DNA of 64,000 bases from NCBI RefSeq assembly GCF_022539665.2, contig NC_081331.1, positions 10,230,001 to 10,294,000 on the forward strand. Direction: 5' to 3'. Origin of the DNA: Daphnia carinata. Taxonomy: Eukaryota. The notes beneath the pieces were generated by a model. It was not told the DNA's origin and did no database searches. It was given only the letters and a program-made list of their open reading frames with translations. Each line of letters opens with the position of its first letter. Position 1 is the stretch's first letter. A program made the translations under genes and the position numbers. Positions 1 to 11,657 of the stretch are shown piece by piece.

Positions 1-3000
1 GAGACAGGCGAAGAAAGTGCATCCGAGATATGATAACCCAATTTAATGAGCGTAAAGAAAAAGCAAAATACAAGAAAACGGAATTTCCAAAAAAGCAAAC
101 GCAATTTAAGTTGAAAAAATGTAAATCATTTCGAAAGAACTTTCACCCGAGAAAAAGTTCTGCAGCTATTATCAACCGCCAAACACTCAATTCAATAAAC
201 CGTTCGTTTTAATTGCGCTCGTTGGATAATACAAACGATAAGGGCCACGGTCCAATCATGCAAGAAAATAAAGAATCCCTTCAGGCAGAAAAGTAGATTC
301 CAGTACGCAAATCATTTTTCCGGAAATAAAATAAAATAAAAAAAAAAAAAAAAAAAATGGGTGGACTGTGGGGTGTTTGATAGATTCGACCGGTTCTTCT
401 TTCTCCTTTTCCTTTTGTCACCCGCTTTCTTTTCTTTCATGTCGCTCGAGACGTAATGAAGCGGAAAAACGCCTGACATAGTTACGCACTATTTACCTCG
501 CATCTTCTTTGAAGAGACTCCCTCCCCCCTTTACAAAAAAAAAAAAAAAAAAAATGTTTGACAATAGTTCGGACCCATCTAAGTGTTTGTAATACGAGCA
601 GAATTCTTCGTTGGTTGTTATACAATTGAATTCCAACACCTGGCCCCAGTAGCAGAAGGAGTAATAATGCTCTGCAAATATTTGCCCTTTTTTTTTTATT
701 CATGGGCGTGTTATTGGGAGGGAATTATAATAATAATAATAATAAATAAAAAGACGCATCCAAGGCATCCGATTTCTTTTTCCAATTGTCCCGTCAGTCG
801 TTATGTCCCCCCTCCTTTTTTGAATAAATAATAGCTCCAGTTATGCGCAAACACACAACTGGGCACAGGACATCTTTGTTGAAATGAAGGGAAATTATTT
901 AAAAGAAAAAAAAAAAAAAAAAAAAGGGAAGGATGAAAAGTGGTGGCTATTACACAGAGCTGGAACGCGCAACCGTCTTTCTCGGAGAGAGAGAGAGTCG
1001 TTACGGCCCGCGGCTTCAACTGGAGAACTTGGCGGTTTTTGAAAAAAAAAATAAAATAAAATAAAATAAAATAAAATGATTTTCCTTCCAACGCAAACGA
1101 AATTAGTGGACGGAATGTTTTCGCTATGACGGACGTGATCCCTCCAAAAAAAAAAATTAAACAATGAGACAAAAGGTCCGTGAATCTTGTCAAAAAAACA
1201 ATTTTTGGCCGTCATCAACGCTAAGCAAAAGTGTAATTCAATGTGGCAAGAGTGGTCAAAAATTACATCATTTCGGCTGTCTTGTACGTATCCACTTTGT
1301 ATTGGGACCGTGAAAAGCATTCGACAGTCGACTGATGTTCACTTGAACTTGGTTTTTTTTTTTTTAGAACCTTACAGGCCCGAGGGGTCTTCATTTACTT
1401 GAGAATTTCCTTCTTTCCTTCCTAGTTTTTTTGTTTTTTTTTACCACGTCCGACAAAAGGTAAAAAGAAGAAAGACAACTACAACAACTAGAAGAATCGG
1501 GGCCTTTTTTTCTTGTGTGCCATCAAATTGTTCCCTGGAACTGCTTGAATAAAAAGAGACAAAAAGAAAGAAAAAGTACAAAAAAAAAAGGGACATTCCT
1601 CTTGATTTTTATTCTTTTTCAAACTACCGTCCACTGTGGTTGCACAGCGCTGCTCTTTTATTGTCCACGACTCTCCCATAATAATCCATTCAAATGTTTG
1701 TTTTTTTTTTCTTTCAGTTTCCCAGAACGAAACATGAATTTTAAGTGAGAAAAGGAAAGGGAGACATGAACAAGAATTTTGCACTAATTTTATAATCCCC
1801 TTCAAAAAAATAAGAATCTACTCCTCCTTTTTTTACTAATTAGAGCCAATGACATTCAACGTCTTGTTAGTTCTTACCCCCTGCAGATCAGCAAAGTAAA
1901 AAAAAAAAAAAACTCTTTTTTAAACTCCCCTTCGAGGAAGCAGCGTCCGAACATCCGTCAACCTCCCAAACGCACCAGTTGATCCATGGCTTTCAAAAGA
2001 AAAAATATTTTCAGAGGAAACAAAGTTTTTTTTTTTGTTTTTTTTTTTCCTCTCCTATTTCAAACGAGGTTGCGTGTGTAAAAAAAGACGGGCTCTTTAT
2101 TCTTAATAAATACCACCGGGATAAAGATTCTTTTTTTTTTTTTTTTTTTCCTCCCTCCCTGAATGTTTATTTGATGTAATGAAAAGAAACGAGAGATCCA
2201 AAATAAAACGCCGGAGGTAAAAAAAAAAAAAAGAAGGCAAGACAGGAAGGCGTGCAAGAAAGGGAATGTTGGTAGCAGTCTAACTCTACCCAATGATACA
2301 ACATGATATTTAAAAAAAAAATAAAAATATCTTCTATACAATACTCACCCCCCCCCCCCCCCTCCCGTCCTCTGTCCCGGCCGAAGAAAAAAAAAAAGAT
2401 GCGCTTGACCAGCCAAGTGAACAGCCCCCCGGAATACCTGCCCTTGTTTTTCTTTCTAACCCTTGAGAATCCTATTGGTTGGATACCCACCGGCCGAGAA
2501 TTTATTTTCGTGTTTATTTATTAGGACAGTTGAGAAAAAAATCGTAAAGCATTTTACTTAAAAAGAGAGAAAAAAAAAAAAAAAAAAGGAATAGCTTCTT
2601 TACCAGAAGGTAAAAAAAACCTAACTATAAATTCATCCGACGGATTAAATGGTTATACAAGAGATAGGGTTGTTACGTAAATCGCGCACGGTGAAGGATG
2701 ACGGTAATTATTTTTATTTAAAACAAAAAAAAAAAAAAAAAAAAAAAGAAAGGGGAATTTAAACTGGGGTGTTGTTTGTGGCCTCGCGTACGTATCGACG
2801 GGGACGAGGCGTGTCCTTGAATTTGAACGCGCGTGTCACGCCGAAAAAGATTCTCTCCGTTCGCAACTTCCAGCACCGGGTCAGTGGCGTGCCACTAGGG
2901 TCACTCACGACCGAGCTATCAACTTCTTGAAATAAAAAAAAAAAAAAAAAGATCTAATAATAAAAAAAAAAAAAAGGTTTTTGAATGCCAAACGAAATAC

Positions 3001-3388
3001 GGCGTCGACGTGCCATGACTTTTCATCGGTAGCCAAACGGCGTCGGCGCCTTGAAGGCGGCATTAAACTTTTATTTTATTAAACTTTTTTTTTTTTTTTT
3101 TTTTTTTTCATTTCTTTCGCCGTTGGTTGTCAAAGGCGTAACTTTCGCTCTTCGAACTTGACAGTTTAAGGGCAAAAAGTAATAAATTATAAACGCGCGC
3201 GGAGTTCAAATGAAAATAGCGAGAACAGAATGAAGAAGAGAGTCATAATCAGCGACCTCTGCAGAGCGCCAGAACCATGAACCTTTTTTTTTTTTTCTTT
3301 TTTTTTATTGCATTTCTATTTTCGTGTAATAGCGGCCGATCGGTTTGTCTCTTAAGAAGAAAAAGGAAAACAAATGAACCATCAGAAT

Positions 3389-3419
<31 letters not shown>

Positions 3420-4468
3420 AGGCTCTGCCCTTTCGCTAAAACTTCACGGGGGACTCAAATTGAGCTATTAACTGGCAGTTGATGACGATCGAGTCGCGTT
3501 CGTGATTTGTTAGCGAATTCGTTTTATTGTTCAGCCTTGATGTAAGAGACCCCCTATCATCACTTTCGCCATTGTGTTTTTTTTTGTTGTTTTTTTTTTT
3601 TTGCGCGAGCCATTCAAAGCAAGGACGTCGCCACGATTTTCAAATGCTTTTTTTTTTTTTTTTTTTTTTTTATCGTGAACAGGTTTTACCGCTTCATTTT
3701 CTCTCCTTCGTTGGGGTTTTTGAGGGTGCGTGAGGAATAAAAGCAAATTTTTTTGGCCGGCTAGCAGCTGGCCACAGTTGATGACGTCAAATGTCGAAAC
3801 GGAACACACGCTTCCCCGTAGCCAATAAATGCAGAAATAGCGACAGACTTCAAGGCAAAAATTCGTAACGTACGCGCTCGGCATTTCCACGTTTTGAGAA
3901 AAAGGTTTCAAATACGCAGTTGATTTAATCAAGAGCTCGTGATTAGGCGAGCTACCTTTCTACACATTTCCCCCTCTTATACGATTGCTCCTTTTTTTTT
4001 TTTTACGACTTCAAAAAGGAGGCCAATGAAATCATTCGTTTAAAAAGAAAAAAAAAAGCCAAACACAAATCTCTTTCAAAGAAATAAAAAAAAAAGGGGC
4101 CTACAAAATCATTTTTTAGAGTGTCTCGACTCTACGGGGGGGGGGGGGGGTTGCGACGAAGCAGACGAATTGATTAGGTTTACCTTCGCACAAGAACAAG
4201 AAGGGCGACCCTCAAAAAGAAGAGGAGAGAAATAAGGTTGCTCCATAATTACCTGCCGAGTTATTTTTCAACTGGTTTTAATGAAGGGAATAATGGTTTT
4301 TATAAACTAATGGGGACGGACTCGAAGAAAAAGGAGACCAGTTTTTTTTTTTTTTTTTTTTTTTTATGACGACTCTAGTGGGAGCTACCATAATCATGGC
4401 AGGCAGCAGAAGGCAGATATAGCCACTCAATAAAAATTGAAAGAATGTTGGCGTTTGTATTCACTTAC

Positions 4469-4702
4469 CATTGGCGACGGTGGGTGCTGCTGATGCAAAT
4501 GGTGGGACGACTCGTTCAAACTGGTGTAGGACGAAGAACGGCTGGAGAGCGGATCCTGGTTGCTCAACGAGCTGCAGCTCATCGTCGAATTGAGGCTGAG
4601 CGTGTCGCTTCGGCCTCCTGCGCTACCTCCTCCACCGACACCTACTCCGTGATGGCTCATCATCGAGCTCCGGTAGGGGCTCAGGTGAACGTGCTTCAAC
4701 AT
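4469..4702 (-). CDS. First coding exon (78 codons) of a second gene, Ser/Gly/His-rich; possibly a Rau-like Ras-association (RA) domain protein. Downstream exons were not found in the window.
   Basis: Polypyrimidine tract, then cag|ATG; perfect ATG|GTAAGT donor; GC-rich open frame MLKHVHLSPYRSS...DTLSLNSTMSCSSLS...SSRSSSYTSLNE. The exon itself is well supported. The family call rests only on remembered similarity to arthropod rau/CG8965-type N-termini and is unverified. Confidence 0.7.
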
Positions 4703-5227
4703 CTGCACGTACCAAGAAAAAAAAAAAAAAATAGCACACACGCATTAGTTATCATGCCACCAATTTGCTGTTGTCTATTATGTTGGGCACAGAGAAAAGA
4801 TGTTGATTGAGCGTCGGACTGTTGGATACATATGGCAGCGTTGGAAAGAGGAACACACACACAAAAAAAAAGAAAAAAAATATGAAAATTGAGTAAATAT
4901 ATAATGCGCCTTTCATGCGTTTGGTGTTGTTGTCGAGTGGAGGGAGAAAAAAAAAAAGGAACGTGATGGCGTCCGACCCCGTGACACCAAGCCAACTGTG
5001 TTCCATCCTTAACCTTTGACCGGTAGCGTCAAGTAAAAAAAAAAAAAAAAAAAAAAGAACTCTCTGCTGCAAGAGGATGTACGTATAGCCGCTAGTGGAT
5101 CTTGACGCTATGATTGCGCTCAACGCCTCGAGCCATTTTTGATTATGACCAAAACAAAAAAAAAAAAAAAAATATAAAATACAAGCGATGTGTATGTATG
5201 TTAGGTAACCAGCCAAGTCAAACTTAC

Positions 5228-5415
5228 TTGCGCGACCGAGAGGCCGCTTTTGTTTCTACACACGCACTACTGAACACTGGTGGGGGTGGACTTCCGGTCC
5301 AGGGGGGCGATTTCGATGTGTCGGAGGGACGCCGTGTGGAGGAATCACGAGCAAAACCACAAAAGAAAAAGACCTTGCTCCTCTCTTTGCTGCCATTTAA
5401 GTAGTTGTTAACTAT
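5228..5415 (-). other. Candidate additional or alternative leader exon of the second gene (5' boundary uncertain)
   Basis: GC-rich patch ending in CAA|GTAAGT, 525 nt upstream of the cag|ATG acceptor. Confidence 0.4.
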
Positions 5416-8400
5416 CACGCTTGCGCTTCAAGCCATCCCCCTTTACACACATCTCTTGTAAACCCAACTAATTGGAAGCCCAGATGATGACCTTTTCCTT
5501 TTTACATTCAAGGTTTTTTTTTTTTCTTTGTTTTTAAAGTTTCGTTTCAAAATCCCCCCGCACACAAAAAATTGGGAGTTGAAAATGAGATGAGGGGGGG
5601 GGGGGAGAACCGTGCCGAGACTACTGACGCTTGTTAAAATCAGTTCGTTCTTATAGTGGAACAACACGGTTTTCGAAAGTGTTTCGGATGCAGCAGCACA
5701 TAAAACTTTTTGCCTATCCATCGTTTCCCTCCTTATACTAAACAACTAATTATCGCCTTCACGGCTGCATATTACAAGGCAGCCCCTTTTTTTTTTTCTC
5801 TCTCTAAATCGAGAGACAAAGAATCGGTCTGGAAAAAACAAACAAAAAAAACTCGTGTTCTAATTGGATTCGCTGTTTGTTGACATCCCGAAGAAAGTTT
5901 TCTTCTTTTCTTCAGTTCGTTATTCAGATTTTGTGATGCTTGTTTTGGGTGGGGGTGGAGGACAGGCAGAATACACAATACAAGCGGGAGTTTGACAATT
6001 GAGACACGACAATAATAGCAATGATTGTTTGGCCTCTTGTTCTACCTCAGACATTTTTACATTGTTTGGACAAAGTTTTGACATGCTTGTTTGTTTCCTT
6101 TTCTCATGTCACAAAAAAAGAAATAAATAAGTTGTATTATAAAGGAAGGAAGAACGTGAGGATTGTGCTGTCCGAAAAAACAAGCAAACGGCTGTTGTTC
6201 TCCTCCCCCCCCCCTCTTCGTGACACACATCACTCATCAACTATATAGCCACCCACTTCCTTTTTTCGACTAAAGTTGAAGGCATAATCTTTTCCATGAT
6301 GTACCAATAAAGGCCCGACCTTCAGATATCAACCATCACAAATAGACAATCGGAGGAAGATTGCGTTCAAGTCGCAAACAAGAAGAAGAAAAAAAAAAAA
6401 AATGAAACGTCCTTCAAGAATTGTTTGCCTGTTTTTATCATTCTCAATTTTTTTTTTTTTTCTTCTGTTGTCGTTCATCCTGTCGGTTGTTCTTATCCAG
6501 CCAACAGATCCCCACCCCTCTTCTCCGGATGCGGGTCCTCCTCCATGCCGATGGCTTCGAAAGGGATGGGCGCACCCCATGTGCCACGGAGAGATGCAAA
6601 GCTTTATCGGACAGGAACATGTGTTAGGCGTTAACACGGCGGCGTTGAAAAAAAAAAAAAACTGACATCCAAGACCTTCCGGTTTGACATTTTTAAGGGA
6701 CCCTTCTTCGCGACAGTTCCTTCGCCGTTTTTTTTGTGCGTCTTTAATAGACGGGAAACCCACGTGCACGATTTTGTACCGTTGTGTTTTTTTGTTTTTT
6801 TTTTCTTTTAAAAGGGGATGACAATCTGTTCAGATCAACTTACGAGCCGATGAACGTGCCGTCAAAGATTTAAAAGAATAGAAAGCTGCGTCTGTTATGG
6901 TAGGTCTTTTAAAAACATTAAAAAAAAAAACAGGATGTTTTGTTGTCTGGGTAGGCCCCACGAACGTCGGGACCGTTCAGACTGTGACACAATCAATTTA
7001 TCTGTTCAAACTCGCTCTAACTATGGGTGTTCGCTTTAAATTTCTCTCACCCCAATAGACCCCACCCACGTTTTTGTGTTATTGCTTTGGTTTTGTTATT
7101 GTTCAAAACTTTTCGTTAACTTTCCCTCGTTCTTCAAAACACGTGAGTGACGTACGAGCTTTATACCCTTGCCAATCGTTCACTCTCACTTTTCGCATAG
7201 GTAAAAACACGATGACAAACGTGAAACAACTATCCTACATCTTTTTTTCATAAAAATTGTTCATAAAAAATTATGAAATAGTAGGGCTTTCATTTTTTTC
7301 TTTGTTTACTCCATTTTTTTTTTTTTTTGCCTTCATTTGTTAACGAAAGAGAGAGTTTTTAAAAAATTTGAAATTTTTTTTGCTAAAAACCAAGTCACGT
7401 TTTTTTTTTCTTCTCCCCTCTTTTGTTTTCAAGTTTAGTTTTTTTTTTTTTTCCAGCCCCACCGTATGTTTTTTCTACACTATTGCGATCAAGGGTAGTA
7501 GGTCCGAGTAACCCAAACCCGACCCTATTGAAACCTCTTCGTGATTACCAACAGCTGACCAGCGACCAGTTCGTTACAAGAACATGTCTAAAGTTTGGGC
7601 AGGGGAGACTCAAATTGCAGCCCCAGAGGGTGGCAAAAGAGAGGGGTACCTTACTTCTTTGTTGATTGTGATGTAACAATGTCCACTCGAGATAATTTTG
7701 TTATCCCAAGTTTAAATGACCCCCTCGAGAAATGACCTTTAAAAAAAAAGATGATTTTGAACAACAGCAACAACAACAACAAAAAAAAAAGAAAATCACA
7801 AAGAATAAAAGCTGAAGGGCGAATCGTTTCCGCATTGTTTTCAACGCATCCGAGACAGACCTTGCACTCGATTGCAAACGCATTAAAAACAAGTGTACAT
7901 CTAACAATAAGGTATCAGCTTAACGGGCGTGAGACGCTAACCACCAAGAAAACCTCAAACTCGCGTTCCATTTCTCACGCGAAATCTCGCGGTTTTTTTT
8001 TTTTTTTCAAAATTCAGAGTCACAGCTTTTGGCGTGTGATGGTCACTTTTGCTTCGTGTTATTTTTCAATTTCGGTCGGTGTGACTTTGGGGTTGGAAGA
8101 CGAGCAGGAGGATCTTCTTTCAAAAACCGCATTCACTCTCTTCTATGTCAATGTCACTACATTTTTTTTTTTTTCCTATTTATTCATTCAAAAAAAAAAA
8201 GTGGTTGTAGTGGTGGGTGGCAGTCGAAATAGAGAGGGGGACTCTGTGACCGAGTTTGTCGCGGTTCCGCTGAGATGATTCCGAAAAGGGACCCATTTCG
8301 GGAAAATGGGGAGAAAAAAAAAGGGACTTTATGTAGTCGGTGGGGGCGAAGTTTCTCATGATGAGGAACATCATGACATATGCATAGACACACCCCCCGA

Positions 8401-10359
8401 AACATGTGCTGCACCCCCGTTTTACTTTCCCCCCTCAAACTAACCAGCTTATAACACGCATTAAAAAAAAAAAAAAGACAAAAGGAAAGAAGAAAAAAAA
8501 AAAAAAGAATGGTAGGTTATAGCCTATAATGTGTGACGAGGACATCTATTCCCACGGAGCAGGTTCCGACAACCTGTGTTACGTTATTGGTTCGCCACCA
8601 CCCAAAAAGCCCCCTCGATCAAAGCATTTTTTTTTTTTTGTTCATGTTTCTTTTCAAGACCCACTCACGCGTTTCTGAACGATTGTGATCAAACAAGACA
8701 AAGGGATTTGAAAAAAAAAAAACAAAGTAAACATCTGTTTAACAGGTTATTGGGTATGTTCGATTCCACCCATAACAGTATGGCAACGTCAATATTTTTC
8801 GATATCTTCACGGCCAGAATAAATGGCCACTAACTAAAAAACATGAACTCTTAGGATCCCAGATGGTCCGGAAGGAGGTACACGGATGGATGATTTTTTT
8901 TTTTTTTTTTTTTAACTTTTTGCCGTACCAATCCCCCCTCAAAAAAAAAGGGAGAATCCAACAGCGCAAGTACGAAGAAAAAGAAAAGAGTTTTCGGCTC
9001 TACGATGTGAACGGAAGTTAAATGGCTGAGCAAGGAAATGGAACGATCCCACGGACGAAAAACAAGATGAGTTTCCCTCTTTTTTTTTTTTTTTTTTTTT
9101 CTTTTCTCACTACATGGGGCGAAACGATGTGACGTAGAAACCGGACCTTCAACGAGGCACTTCTCTTTCAACAATAATAAAACACCACACGCCGCAGTGG
9201 TTTTCTTTTTTTTTTTCTTTTTTTTTTTCCTGTTAAAAATCTCATAAACGAGGTGGATAGTATAAGAAAAAAAAAAAATATGAACGAAAAGAAAGAAAAA
9301 CGAACTCGACTAAAATGAGACAAGGACAATTTTTTTTTTTTTGTTTCTTTCCAGAGATGCGTGATACCCACCACCATCGGTCACGGCGAGCTCGTACGAA
9401 TTACACACACGTGTATGTATCATGACGATTTGTAATTATCCAATCGGAATTTAATAGCTCACATCCTCGAAAAAGAGGGACTCATTTAACATGATGAAAC
9501 ACAGAGAAAACCTTTGATCCATCATTGCTCGCAGTAGTTGGCCCCATCGTCTTAGTTATGCAAGGAAACTAGTAGAGATGAACGCATCGTCAATTTGGCA
9601 CGAGTACAAACGGGGAAAACGAAAAAAAAAAAAAAAAAAATAGACGTCCAACATCGACAAGGTCGTTCACAGCGCGAAAAAAAAAAAAAAGAGAAAAAAC
9701 TTTCATCATTTTTTTTTTTTTTTTCCTGACCGGTTTTGAATAAAAAAAAAAAAAAATTCTTTTTGGGGTCGAAGAAATTTCTGAACGCACGAGCCACGAA
9801 CGGGAGAAAAAAAAAACGAGATTCTAATTTTATCAGGTTTTGACGACTTTACGGGACCGTATATTCAAATAGCCTGTCGATAATGGCGCAATATTCGACG
9901 TAACTTGTGAGACGGGTCATTTTGACCCACAAAAAAAAAAAACAAAAAAAACGTGCGAGCAAAAATAATAATAAAAAAAGATAACTTGATGAATCCTTAA
10001 TTCTTGTTGAAATCCGCTGGCAATTAAAAAAAAAAGAAATTGAGTATCTAACACTGCGATTGGATGACGTTTCGTCTGACTCAAAGGTGTGCATGTTGTG
10101 CAACATTGGCTCACGATAGGCGCGTGGGAGTCCACTAAAAATGAAGATCCTCTTTTAAAGGCACCAGGAAACGACTGAGACGACGCCGACGCCGGTGACG
10201 ACTCACGCGGGACACTTAAAGAAAAAAAACCCCTACGCCTTTTTTTTTTTTTTTTTTTTTTTTTCCCTCAATTGCCATCGATGACGAATTCAACCGCATT
10301 TTAATAGAACGTAAAAACAGCCGGAAATCAAAAGGAAAAAAAATCGCTAAGTGACTCAC

Positions 10360-10707
10360 CTTAAATATTGAATTTCAATCCAAATCCACAAAGAGTAAAG
10401 ATCAATCAAATATTCAAATTTTGACGAAAAATGTCGATGATTGCAAGAAAATGCAAGTAAAAACTTTTTGCACTTTTGGTCGCACTATTTAAATTTTTAA
10501 CGGAACTTATTTGTCTATTCAAATTTGCCAGGTTCGGGAGTGTCGAGTAGCGTACAGAAAATTCGATACGCTTTTCGAATGGAAACGGGAAAGAAGCAGC
10601 AGCAACAACAACAAAAAAAAAAAACAACAACAGGGAAACGTTATTTTAAATAGCAAAACGAGCGTGAGATTGGGAGAACCTTTCGGTAGCGTGGCTTGCC
10701 AGCGACT
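10360..10707 (-). other. Non-coding first exon (5' UTR, 348 nt) of the second gene
   Basis: Starts at the Inr, contains no ATG by manual reading, and ends at AAG|GTGAGT. Confidence 0.65.
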
Positions 10708-10709
10708 GA
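10675..10709 (-). promoter_or_regulatory. Arthropod-type core promoter: Inr TCAGTC (A+1 at 10707) and DPE GGTTC at +28 to +32
   Basis: Exact Inr-DPE spacing, G at +24, followed by an ATG-free leader and a consensus donor. Confidence 0.75.
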
Positions 10710-11631
10710 CTAGTGAACGGAAAGGAAACGGGTCCTATTCACTGTTCCAATGCCCGACCCCATGACAAAAGTGGGTGTGCGTAGTTCCAGCACCCTTAAC
10801 TTCTTTTTTTTTTTTTTTTTTTTTTTTAAAGGGCTCCTGTGCCCAGTCGGTGTAGTAATGTTTAGCCTGGAGCATCATTTCTCACAAAAAAAAAAAAGTA
10901 TGTAGTTATTCTTTTGTTTGTTGAATTTGCTCTCCCCCCCTTCCCGTTTTTTAAATGTACGGGGGCCCAGCGCGTATATCTTTCTACATGCACCATATTT
11001 TACACGTATCTACCTGTTTACTGGAACTACTGGAGAACCTATGACGTCTATTTCCGACAGAAGACAACATGAAAAATAACAAAAAAAAACAAAAAAGGGG
11101 AGCATTTCGAAGAAGAGCTCGACGCCTAAGGAAAAACAAAGTCATTTGAAAAGAAACAAAAATTAAAATACGGTCGAAGCCGTCCAGCACACATCTTCAT
11201 TATGCAAATGGACTAACAACTCAATAAAAAAAAAAAATGGTAGCAGCTTGGCCCTTTTTTTTTTTTCTTTTTAAATGAAAATCCCTCCACAGTTTCACCA
11301 CTGTAAAACAAACTTAATTGAAAACAACCATTCTCTTTTTGGCAAAACAATTCAATAATGGGCGCGCGGCTCTTCTTCCATGTCCATGGTCGCAGAATCC
11401 TCGTTTTTTAATGTCTTAACAACCCGAAAAACAGAAAGATCAGGCAGCAATCGCAATCACACATTCTTGTCATTTTGTAGACATTCAAATTCCAAAGACA
11501 CCCTGTCGACTCGACTCACAAAAGTTCGTGTGAAAAAACACAACTGCACGTGATGATGATTGCGTGGTGACGCTTTTTATAGACCTTATAGTTTACATAG
11601 TCGTATATACCCATAGAGGGGCTCTGGGAAT

Positions 11632-11657
11632 GAGAGAGAGAGAGAGAGAGAGAGAGA
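11632..11657. repeat. (GA)13 microsatellite about 0.9 kb upstream of the 10707 promoter
   Basis: Directly visible. Confidence 0.9.

Noticed and set aside
10840..10880. tRNA A-box-like GGTGTAGTAATGTTTAGC
   Set aside because: No B-box/T-loop and no cloverleaf stems follow.
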